Below are positions 28,618 through 38,076 of a stretch of 64,000 nt of DNA, piece by piece. The translations under genes were made by a program, and so were the position numbers. Position 1 is the first letter of the stretch, and every line of letters starts with the position of its first letter. The notes below the pieces were generated by a model, which saw nothing but the letters and a program-made list of their open reading frames with translations, was not told the DNA's origin and made no database searches. Origin of the DNA: Candidatus Poribacteria bacterium (GTDB lineage: Bacteria > Poribacteria > WGA-4E > WGA-3G); contig OZ251518.1 of the NCBI GenBank assembly GCA_965242965.1, forward strand, positions 2,784,001 through 2,848,000, in the 5' to 3' direction.

Positions 28618-31452
28618 ATGCGTTTTATAGCCGTTTTCGTTTTCTTAATTGCTGTCGCCCTCGCCGTCGGATGGTTTACTTACCAAAACCTTGACAGCTT
28701 CGCACAGGGACAAGTCATGCGTATCTTTGGTGCCATCGCTGCTGTCCTCGTCGCTATCCTCGTCGCTTTCGCCGTGACCGTCATCCGCTATCGGATACCG
28801 AAAGCGGATATCGCCCTCGTGAGGACCGGTGGCGCGCGCGAGAAAATCCGCATCACCGGCGGCCTCTGGGTAAACACCATCATTCACGAAATCAAGGAAA
28901 TCTCCCTCAATACCATAAGAATTGAGGTAATCCGAGAAGGACCGGAGGCATTGATTACCTACGATTTCAACCGTGGTGATGTTGAGGTAGTCTTCTACCT
29001 GAAGGTGGAGCCGGTAGAGAATGCTATCCTCCGCGCAGCGCAGGCACTCGGCGATAAATCGATGACTCCCGAAACCGTGCGCGAACTCATCGAACCCAAA
29101 CTTGAAGGCGCGCTCCGAAGCGTCGCCGCCGAAAGTGAAATCCAGAACCTACTCCAAAAACGCCAAGAATTCGCCGATAAAGTGCAAGCCGCCTGCGGTG
29201 AAGACTTGGAAACACAAAACGGATTGACACTCGAAACCGTCTCGATTATCCGAGTAGATCAGACACCGGTTGAGACGCTGGACCCGGAGAACCGATTCGA
29301 TGCTGTCGGTATCCGTGAAATTACCGAAATCACCGCCGATCAAGAACGCGAAAAAGCACGCATCGTCTGGGAAAAAGAGGTAGCGATTGTTCGCATCGAG
29401 GTGGATGCACGCATTCAGCAATTGGACGCGGAACAAGAACAGGAATGGGCCCAGTCAGACCAGCAGCGGAATATCGCTCTCGTCGCCGCCGAACGACAGG
29501 CGGAAACCCTCAAGTTTCAATATGAGATGGACCAGGGTGTCCAAGAGCGCGAATACGAAATGAAACAGGAGGTTGAGAAAGCGCGCATCGCTCAGGAACA
29601 GGCTGTCCAAGAACGTGAGATTGAGATGAACCGCGACGTGGAAGTCGCACGCGTGCAACAAGAACAGATCGTCGCCGAACGCGAAATCGAGAAAAACCTC
29701 ATCGTTGAGACGCAGCAGATTGAGCAGTCTAAAGTCGTCCAACTCGCCGAGATTGAGCAGCATCTCGCCGTGCAGATGCAGAAAATCGAGCAGGAGCAGC
29801 AACTCGCCGTTCGCGACATTGAGAAGCAGCTCACCGTTGAGAAGGCGCGCATCGCCCAAGAAGAGGCGGTATCCTTACGCGATATTGAACGCGACTTGCT
29901 CGTTCAAACCGAACGCCTCGGACAGGAGCAACAGGTGCAACAACGCGAGATTGAAAAGAATCTCGTCGTCGAAACCGCCCAGATCGATCAGCTCCGACAA
30001 GTCGAACTCGCCGAGATTGCCAAAATCCTCGCCGTGGAAGTCACCCGCATCGTCCAAGAACAGCAGGTGGAAACGCGCGACATTGAGAAGCAGCTCTTCG
30101 TAGAGAAGGCGCGCATCGCCCAAGAAGAGGGAGTCTCCTTACGCGATATTGAACGCGACTTGCTCGTTCAAACCGAACGCCTCGGACAGGAGCAACAGGT
30201 GCAGCAGCGCGAGATTGAGAAGAACCTCGTCGTCGAAACCGCCCAGATCGATCAGCTCCGACAGGTGGAACTCGCCGAGATTGCCAAAATCCTCGCCGTA
30301 GAGGTAACGCGGATTGCGCAGGAACAACAGGTAGAGACGCGTGATATTGAGAAGCAGCTCTTCGTAGAGAAGGCGCGCATCGCTCAGGAAGAGGGAGTCT
30401 CCATACGCGATATTGAACGCGACTTGCTTGTCCAAACCGAACGGTTAAGTCAGGAGCAACAGGTGCAGCAGCGCGAGATTGAAAAGAATCTCGTCGTCGA
30501 AACCGCCCAGATCGATCAGCTCCGACAGGTGGAACTCGCCGAGATTGCCAAAATCCTCGCCGTAGAGGTAACGCGGATTGCGCAGGAACAACAGGTAGAG
30601 ACGCGTGATATTGAGAAGCAACTCTTCGTAGAGAAGGCGCGCATCGCTCAGGAAGAGGGAGTCTCCATACGCGATATCGAACGCGACCTGCTTGTCCAAA
30701 CCGAACGCCTCGGACAGGAACAGCAAGTGCAACAGCGCGAGATTGAGAAGAACCTCGTTGTCGAAACCGCCCAGATCGACCAGGTTCGGCAAGTTGAACT
30801 CGCCGAGATTGCTAGAATGCTTAACGTGGAACAGTCCCGAATCAATCAGGAATTGCGCGTGACGTTGAGCGACGAAGATAGGAATATCGAAGTCGCCCAG
30901 AAACAGCAGGTGACGGCACTCGCGGAGAAGGAGCAGTTGCTTGCGGAAGCCGAACGCATGGGTGCCGAGGTGAACGTCACAGCAACGGAGCAGGTGAAAG
31001 AGGCGGAGTGGCAGCGTGAAGTCGCCATCATCGGTGCGGAGGCGCAGGCGCAGCCGATTGAACGTCTCGCCGATGCGGTGCTTGCCGAAGCGCGGGCCAA
31101 AGCGCAAGGCGAGATGGCGGAATACGAAGCGCGCAACGTCGCCGAACAACGCGTCCTCGTGCAGGAGGCAATCTTGGAGCTCATTGAGGAAGCACCGGAG
31201 ATTATCGAGCAGATGGTTAAACCCGTTGAGAAGATCGACAGTATCAAAATCTTGGACATGGGGAATACCGATGGGCAAGGCGGCATCAACCGGAACAACA
31301 TGGGCAAACTGGCGAACGCGCTGCTTGACACCGGGGTGATTTCTCCGATGCTGAAGGAGTTGTTCAACTTCGCCGATGTCGATGCACAGCAGATTACCGA
31401 CAAAATCGCTGAGTATCTGGCAGACCTGGTGAATAGCCCGAATGCCAGTTAA
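28618..31452 (+). CDS. Flotillin/YqiK-like SPFH protein with a greatly expanded coiled-coil repeat region
   Basis: Two N-terminal TM helices, SPFH domain (ALVRTGG...ALITYD...ALRSVAA), NRFDAVG, 88-aa tandem repeats, flotillin-like tail KPVEKIDSIKILD. Confidence 0.88.
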   Translation: MRFIAVFVFLIAVALAVGWFTYQNLDSFAQGQVMRIFGAIAAVLVAILVAFAVTVIRYRIPKADIALVRTGGAREKIRITGGLWVNTIIHEIKEISLNTIRIEVIREGPEALITYDFNRGDVEVVFYLKVEPVENAILRAAQALGDKSMTPETVRELIEPKLEGALRSVAAESEIQNLLQKRQEFADKVQAACGEDLETQNGLTLETVSIIRVDQTPVETLDPENRFDAVGIREITEITADQEREKARIVWEKEVAIVRIEVDARIQQLDAEQEQEWAQSDQQRNIALVAAERQAETLKFQYEMDQGVQEREYEMKQEVEKARIAQEQAVQEREIEMNRDVEVARVQQEQIVAEREIEKNLIVETQQIEQSKVVQLAEIEQHLAVQMQKIEQEQQLAVRDIEKQLTVEKARIAQEEAVSLRDIERDLLVQTERLGQEQQVQQREIEKNLVVETAQIDQLRQVELAEIAKILAVEVTRIVQEQQVETRDIEKQLFVEKARIAQEEGVSLRDIERDLLVQTERLGQEQQVQQREIEKNLVVETAQIDQLRQVELAEIAKILAVEVTRIAQEQQVETRDIEKQLFVEKARIAQEEGVSIRDIERDLLVQTERLSQEQQVQQREIEKNLVVETAQIDQLRQVELAEIAKILAVEVTRIAQEQQVETRDIEKQLFVEKARIAQEEGVSIRDIERDLLVQTERLGQEQQVQQREIEKNLVVETAQIDQVRQVELAEIARMLNVEQSRINQELRVTLSDEDRNIEVAQKQQVTALAEKEQLLAEAERMGAEVNVTATEQVKEAEWQREVAIIGAEAQAQPIERLADAVLAEARAKAQGEMAEYEARNVAEQRVLVQEAILELIEEAPEIIEQMVKPVEKIDSIKILDMGNTDGQGGINRNNMGKLANALLDTGVISPMLKELFNFADVDAQQITDKIAEYLADLVNSPNAS
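29820..30810 (+). repeat. Intragenic 264-bp tandem repeat (about 3.7 copies)
   Basis: GAGAAGGCGCGCATCGC recurs at ~29839, 30103, 30367 and 30631. Confidence 0.9.
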
Positions 31453-31453
31453 A

Positions 31454-31905
31454 CGAGGGTGTTTCATAAATCGCTCAACGTCGCGGGGACAGCCCCCCGC
31501 GATACGGTGAAAAAACGCCGCCCCTTCATCGTAGGGCGAGGGCCTGTCCCTCGCCATCGCTCGCGTCATCCAACGCTCGCGGGGGACAGGCCCCCGCGCT
31601 ACGGGAACACCTAAGAAATCGTCCCCTTCACGTAGGGCGAGGGCCTGTCCCTCGCCATGCGTTTGGCTCGCAGACCGCATCACCTCTGTAGGTCAAGATC
31701 GCCTGATCTTGACCCGTTTGTGATCAGGCGATCACAAACTACAGAGAGGGGTGAACGAAAAAAAACGGCGCGCGTGCTTTTAGGTCCTAAAGGCCCTAAA
31801 ACGCCCCCTCTTGACGATGGCGTTCGCGGGGGACAGGCCCCCGCGCTACGGTAACACCTAAGAAATCGTCCCCTTCACGTAGGGCGAGGGCCTATCCCTC
31901 GCCAC
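31454..31905. repeat. REP-like palindrome cluster with a left GAGGGTGTTTCATAA terminus
   Basis: GAGGGTGTTTCATAAAT at ~31455 followed by multiple hairpins. Confidence 0.85.
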
Positions 31906-31952
31906 GCCAACCTATAAGGGCAGCTTGCTATATCTGTCCACCGGAGGGAGAT

Positions 31953-34900
31953 ATGGATAGACTGAAACAAAACATCGCCGATACACTCCAATGCTTGGCA
32001 GACGCGCCACTGCGCGATGCAGCCACGCGTCTCCTCAACACCCTCGGTTACCACAGCGAGAGAACCGGGTATCCCGCCTTGGACGCGGACAGGTGGAACC
32101 GCCTCCGCGCCGTCGCAACCGACAAAATCCGTATGGACGACTGGGAGGCATTCCATCTCCTCTTTCAGATTACCGATACGGAAATCAACCGGCAAGAGCT
32201 GCTGTTTGAGCCAGCGCAACTTGAGAAAGACCTGATGCACTCCTACATCTTCGCCGCCGTGAAACTCGCCGGTGAAAACTGGACGCGCACACAACTCGCT
32301 GACATCACCCGATTTATCAACACCCAAATCGTGCAACCTATCATGGTAATGTTCCACTACAGCGACAAACTGACGCTGGCGATTATCAACAGGCGATGGG
32401 ATAGGCGAACAACCCCTGCGGCTGTAGGGGGGGGTCAAGGCAGATTCTAGAGAAAGTCACGCTCATCAAGGACATCAACTTGCGCGCACCGCACCGCGCG
32501 CATCTGGACATCCTCGCCGAACTCTCGCTAGATAGCCTCATCCAAACCGAAGAAGTGCACAGTTTTGACACGCTGCACGAAGCGTGGGAAGGCGTTCTGA
32601 ACACCGAGGCACTCAACCGAAAATTCTATGGCGAGTTGCATGCGTGGTATCAGTGGACAGTTGCGGAATGCCGCTTTCCCGACGATGCACTGCAATTGCA
32701 GGTGATCCGTCTCATCACGCGCCTGCTCTTCATCTGGTTCTTGAAAGAGAAGAAGTTGGTGCCTGAGGAACTCTTTGACGAAGAACCCGCGGCGAACGCT
32801 CTGAATCGGTTTTCACCGGAAACCTCGGACTATTATCAGGCGGTGCTGCAGAACCTCTTCTTCGCGACGCTCAACACGCCGATAAGCGAGCGCGCTTTTA
32901 GCCCGCGCAATTACCAAGGGCATCGCGATGCCAGCAAGTATCGTTACGAAGACTTGCTCGACAATCCCCAGGCGTTTCTAGAACACCTCAAGCAGGTGCC
33001 GTTTGTCAACGGTGGGCTGTTTGACTGCTTGGATACGTTTGAGGGAACGCGTGCCGGTGGAAATCGCGCCGATTGCTTCACCGATGACATAAACGCCCGG
33101 CGGAAACTGCACGTTCCCGCGAAATTGTTCTTTGACAAAAAAGCAGGACTTTTCCCGCTCTTCGCGCACTATAAATTTACGGTTGAGGAAAACACCCCCA
33201 TTGAACAGGAAGTAGCACTTGACCCGGAATTGCTCGGACAGGTGTTCGAGAACCTGCTCGGTGTCTATAACCCGGAAACGCAATCGACGGCTAGGAAAGC
33301 CACCGGCTCTTACTACACGCCGCGCCAGATTGTAGATTACATGGTAGATGAGGCACTCATCGCCTACTTTCTGCAGAAAGTGGAGCCTTTTGATGGGGAC
33401 AGGCGGTTTTTGGAAGAGCGGCTCCGCGACGATTTGCTCGCTTACGAGGCACAAGGCAACGCCGATGAACCGAACACGCATCTCATTCACGAGGCAGAGC
33501 TTGAACCGATGATTGCGGCGATAGATGCGCTCAAAATCATCGATCCAGCCGTCGGTTCCGGTGCATTTCCGATGGGCATCCTAAATAAACTGGTGCTAAT
33601 CCTTCAGAAACTGGATCCGCAGAATGCACATTGGAAGGAGTTGCAGCTGCGGCAGGCGGCAACCATCCCCGATTTGCATAGCCGAGAGGAAGCGAACAAG
33701 GGTATTGAAAACGTCTTCTCGGCGGCGAACCGCTATAACAATTACGGCAGGAAGCTTTATCTAATCCAGAATTGCATTTACGGCGTGGATATCCAGCCGG
33801 TGGCATGCCAGATTGCGAAACTCCGCTTTTTCATATCCCTCGCCATTGAGCAAGAACCAGATAGCGAGGCGGAGAATTTCGGCATCCGTCCTTTGCCTAA
33901 TCTGGAGACACGCTTCCTTGCTGCGAATACGTTACTCGGATTGAAAGGCGCGCCGACACTCACAAGTCCGAAAACGCAGGAACTTGAGAGCGAACTAATT
34001 CTGAACGGCGCACGGCATTTTCACGCCATCACGCGTCAACAAAAACATGAGTGCAAGACGAAAGACGAGGAGTTGCGTCAGGGGTTAGCCGCGGAATTAC
34101 GTGAAGTCGGCATGCCCGCTGAAGATGCTGAGAAAATCGCATCGTGGGACCGCTATGATGCGAATGCGACAACCGATTGGTTTGCACCGGAGCGGATGTT
34201 TGGAATTCGGGATGGGTTTGACATTGTCATCGGCAATCCGCCTTACATTCGGAATCATAACCTTTCTGTCCGCGAGCGCGCTGCCTTGAAAAACCAATTC
34301 GGCAACTTCTACACTGGCGGCGCGGACATCAGCGTCCATTTCTACAAACGCGCTGCTGAACTGCTCCGACGAGGGGGAATTGCTACCTATATTTCCACCA
34401 ACAAGTTTCTGCGAGTTGCTTACGGAAAAAAACTGCGTCATTTCCTTACCACGGAGATGTCGCTGAAGGCACTTTTGGATTTCGGGAGTATCGCTGTTTT
34501 TGATGCAGCCGTGGATACGTGCATCGTTCTGCTTGAAAATCAGAAGCCGTCGCCAACGCACACCTTCCACGCGGCAACTCTCAGAAAAGCGTTAGAAACA
34601 TTTATCGTGCAGGAAGAGTTTCAAACGCAATCTTTCCCGATGAAGGTATCTCATTTATCTGACGCGGGATGGACGCTGGCACAGCCTGAGACACTCGCGC
34701 TGCTAGAAAAATTGCAGAACGTTGGCACGCCGTTGGGAGAATTAGGTAACGCGCCGATTCACGTCGGTATTGTGACAGGATGCAACGATGCATTCGCTAT
34801 AGACAGTGCCACGCTCGCGCGTCTCCTTGCTGAAGACTCGAAAAGCGGTGAACTCATCAAACCTATGTTTCGCGGGAAGCACCTCCAAAGATGGAAAACA

Positions 34901-35551
34901 GAGCCCGCGAGTGAATATCTGATAGTGATAGCCAGCAGCACAAACTGGACGTGGCCCTGGTCAAATGCCGGTGACGAGTCGGAAGCAGAGCGAATTTGTG
35001 CTGAGACTTATCCGGCAATTCATCGCCATCTTCAGAGTTATCGGGCGCGCCTTATCGCCCGCGATTCCAAAGGAAAGTTTTATTGGGAGCTGGGTTCGGC
35101 TACCTACCACTCAGCATTTGAACAGCCGAAAATTGTCTATCGCGAGATTAGCACTTTGATGCGGTCGTGCTTTGACACAACCGGGACTTATGGTTTAGAC
35201 TCAATCTATTTCATCCCCTCGGATGACTTCTCCTTGCTTGCGATTTTGAACAGTAGGCTCTTTGATTGGTACGCGCGGCACACCTTCACTACGCTAAACG
35301 ATGCATGGGCAGGCGGCAGTTTGCGGTGCAAGAAAGGGAACATGAAGCATGTCCCGATAGCGAATCGAACAGCGGCGCAAAAGGCGGAACTCGCTCGTCT
35401 CGTGGCACAGATTTTGGCAGAGCCTGACAGCGACAACGTGCGCGCGCTGGAAAAGGAAATCGATGCTGTAGTCTATCGGCTATACGGATTGTCGGAGGAA
35501 GAGGTAGCGTTGATAGAGCAAACGTATCAGGAGGCGGGAATGGAAGTGTAG
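31953..35551 (+). CDS. Eco57I/TaqI-like Type IIG R-M or N6-adenine methyltransferase, split by a frameshift at a G8 tract (32427-32434)
   Basis: ORFs 31953-32450 and 32480-35551 join into IINRR...ILEKVTLIKDINL if one G is added; LLGQVFENLL, GSYYTP, IIDPAVGSGAF, VIGNPPY; TaqI-C-like tail. Confidence 0.85.
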
Positions 35552-35730
35552 CGGGGTTCTTGCGGTGTCCATTCGTCTGAAGCAGGATTTACAAGATTAA
35601 AGGATTTTCAGGATTAGGGAATCTGTGCAACCAACATTCTCTGGCATTCCGTTGGCATCTCGGATATTCCCGATCTCCGCAAAATGCCCTTTAGGTCCGT
35701 TAGGTTCTTAATGTGAAGATGTGTTTTTTC

Positions 35731-35759
35731 TTGACAAACGGGATTTTATATCCTATAAT
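35731..35759 (+). promoter_or_regulatory. Consensus sigma70 promoter with no substantial downstream ORF
   Basis: TTGACA (35731), 17 bp spacer, TATAAT (35754). Confidence 0.6.
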
Positions 35760-35823
35760 CCTTGTTAGGAATATGCAGGAATGTCCAATTAACGGGAGAT
35801 ATGCGATTTGCGGATAAATTTAA

Positions 35824-36648
35824 GTGAGAGTGTTTCATATTTCAATACGTTCGGTAGGAGAGACTTCCTAGTCCCAATTTCTTCCGGTAGGAGAGACCTC
35901 CTGGTCTCGATGTGCCCGTAGCGCGGGGGCCTGTCCCCCACATTGTCCATCGTCAAGCGGTGGCGTTTTAGGTCCGTAGGACCTACATGTCTATAGAAAA
36001 ACGTATCCGTCCTTAGGATTCTTCGCAGACGCGCCGGCTATAGACATTCAGGTCCTACGGACCTGAAGAGAACAAGAGACGTTTTTTCCGTAGTGAGAAC
36101 GATGGCGAGGGAAACCCTCTCGCCTGCGCGGGTGGCATCCGAGGGCCCTCGCCCTACGGTGAGGGGGGGCGTTTTTTTCGCAGCGCGGGGGCCTGTCCCC
36201 CGCAAACTCCATCGTCACGATGTGTGTTTCCGCCTCTGTAGTTTGTGATCGCCTGATCACAAACAGGTCAAGATCAGGCGATCTTGACCTACAGAGGGGA
36301 GGGAGTCTGGGGTACGCGAAACGCTGGCGAGGGACAGGCCCTCGCCCTACGGTAACGCACGCCGTTTTTTCGGACGCATCGTTTTAGGTGCTTTAGCACC
36401 TACATGTCTATAGCAGCATGTGTCGTCCCGTTTTCAAGGGCCTTTAGGTCCTTAATAAAACACGCGCGGACCTGTCGAAATCTATTAAGGACCTAAAGGA
36501 CCTTAGAGCTCTTCGGTTGCCAAGTGCTATAGACATTAAGGTCCTACGGACCTAAGAGACATCGAGACCAGAGGTCTTTCCTATAGGAACATCGCTTGCA
36601 TCGAGACTGGAAGGGCTCTCTGGCACGGATTTATGAAACACCCTCAAC
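35824..36648. repeat. Large (~820 bp) composite REP cluster with GAGGGTGTTTCAT inverted termini
   Basis: TGAGAGTGTTTCATA at ~35825, TTATGAAACACCCTCA at ~36631-36646; many GTAG hairpins plus GGTCCGTAGGACC and ATGTCTATAG units. Confidence 0.85.
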
Positions 36649-36706
36649 TACATAGGGAACCTCTCTGAATTTTCATCGGTTATCAATTCAGGAAAACCGC
36701 GAATTT

Positions 36707-36735
36707 TTGACAAACACAGCGAAATGTGTTAAACT
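36707..36735 (+). promoter_or_regulatory. Sigma70-like promoter
   Basis: TTGACA-17-TAAACT with TGn, 45 bp upstream of ATG 36781. Confidence 0.6.
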
Positions 36736-36780
36736 GCATCTCAAAACGCAAGCACAATCTGCATAAGATACCCAAAACCG

Positions 36781-38076
36781 ATGCGCTATCCAAAACGCCT
36801 CACCTCATCGCGAAGAAGACCGAAACGCCAGCGGTGCCGCACCTGCCGCTCCGATAACGGGAAACGCATCTGTCCCGCGCTCAACGGGATGCTTATCTGT
36901 CCAGAATGCTGCCGCACCAAACGCGCCAAGATTCCAGGTTGCGACGAAAGATGCCAATACTACTCGCCGCTCATCCTGAAAAGCAGGATGCGTGAAACTC
37001 CCGAATTCCCGATACATCGATGTCTTGTCAGTCGCTCGCGGGACACCGGCATGCTCATCGTTGTCGGCACGCGGAAGCGGCCCGATGGCAACCTGAAAGC
37101 GATGTTTATCTTGCTCGATCTTTGGAAAAAGGGCATCCGCGACTGCTTTTTTGACGCGAACCTCTCCGAAAAGCAGTTTGAGCGCGTCGCGCAAAAAATC
37201 GGGAAAAGCCAGAACCTCATGGCACCGCCAGATCCAGACGAAACGGATGAACCCGATGGCGAAATAGACGTTCGCCTCCCGAAACATACCCTCGTCATTG
37301 AGGCGGATACGGCGATACATAGCGATAAAGGCGTGAGAATCGTTCAGCACGACGAGGCATCCGGTGGACAAGCGATTGACAGTCTGCCCGGCGCGCGGGC
37401 TATCCACGAAATTTATATCCCGAAAACCGGGAAATGGTATGTCTGGCTGCGTGTCCTGTTTGAATACAGCAAAGATTCCTACTGGATCGGCATGGATGAC
37501 GCAACGCCGCACCCCTGGAACAGCGAAGGCGGAACGGGGGCAATCAAAATTTATGCCGAACCGGACGATACATCCAAATGGGGACGCTGGCTTTGGGATT
37601 CCGGCGTAGACAACGCGCACGGCATCAGCCCCTGCTTTTTTGAGGTGAAGCGGACAGGATACTATCAACTCTGGTCAAAGGGGAGAGAGGCCGGGTCGCG
37701 CTTGGATCAGATTTTGTTGACGCGCTCGCGGGATTTCAATCCGCAGACCGAGACAGAAGGACAACCGCTGCCAACGATGCTCGCGCAGCACCCTTATGAA
37801 CCCATCGCACTGCACGAATGCCAAAAACTCATTCGGCACGCTGTTGACATCGCAACCGCCGCGAAGACAGAGTTACCGTGGGAATTCAAATATTGGCTGC
37901 AAGATATGTGGGGCGACATCAGGGAATTTCCGGAAACGGAAGGCTCCCTCTACAAATGCCCCAAGTGTGGTGCAGAACTGCCGCAGCAGGCAGTCGAACT
38001 TATGATTCAGCATGCGCAATCCGATGACATTCAATTTTACATCTTATGCCGAAAGTGCGGCGGCGAATTCGATTAA
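36781..38076 (+). CDS. Hypothetical protein with N- and C-terminal Cys clusters (zinc-finger-like) and an internal jelly-roll-like domain
   Basis: CRTC...CPALNGMLICPECC...C...C; C-terminal CPKCG...CRKCG; internal GKWYVWLRV...REAGSRLDQILLT. Confidence 0.7.
   Translation: MRYPKRLTSSRRRPKRQRCRTCRSDNGKRICPALNGMLICPECCRTKRAKIPGCDERCQYYSPLILKSRMRETPEFPIHRCLVSRSRDTGMLIVVGTRKRPDGNLKAMFILLDLWKKGIRDCFFDANLSEKQFERVAQKIGKSQNLMAPPDPDETDEPDGEIDVRLPKHTLVIEADTAIHSDKGVRIVQHDEASGGQAIDSLPGARAIHEIYIPKTGKWYVWLRVLFEYSKDSYWIGMDDATPHPWNSEGGTGAIKIYAEPDDTSKWGRWLWDSGVDNAHGISPCFFEVKRTGYYQLWSKGREAGSRLDQILLTRSRDFNPQTETEGQPLPTMLAQHPYEPIALHECQKLIRHAVDIATAAKTELPWEFKYWLQDMWGDIREFPETEGSLYKCPKCGAELPQQAVELMIQHAQSDDIQFYILCRKCGGEFD

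Noticed and set aside
30445-31683. 412-aa minus-strand ORF
   Set aside because: Antisense shadow of the flotillin repeats, starting in a REP cluster
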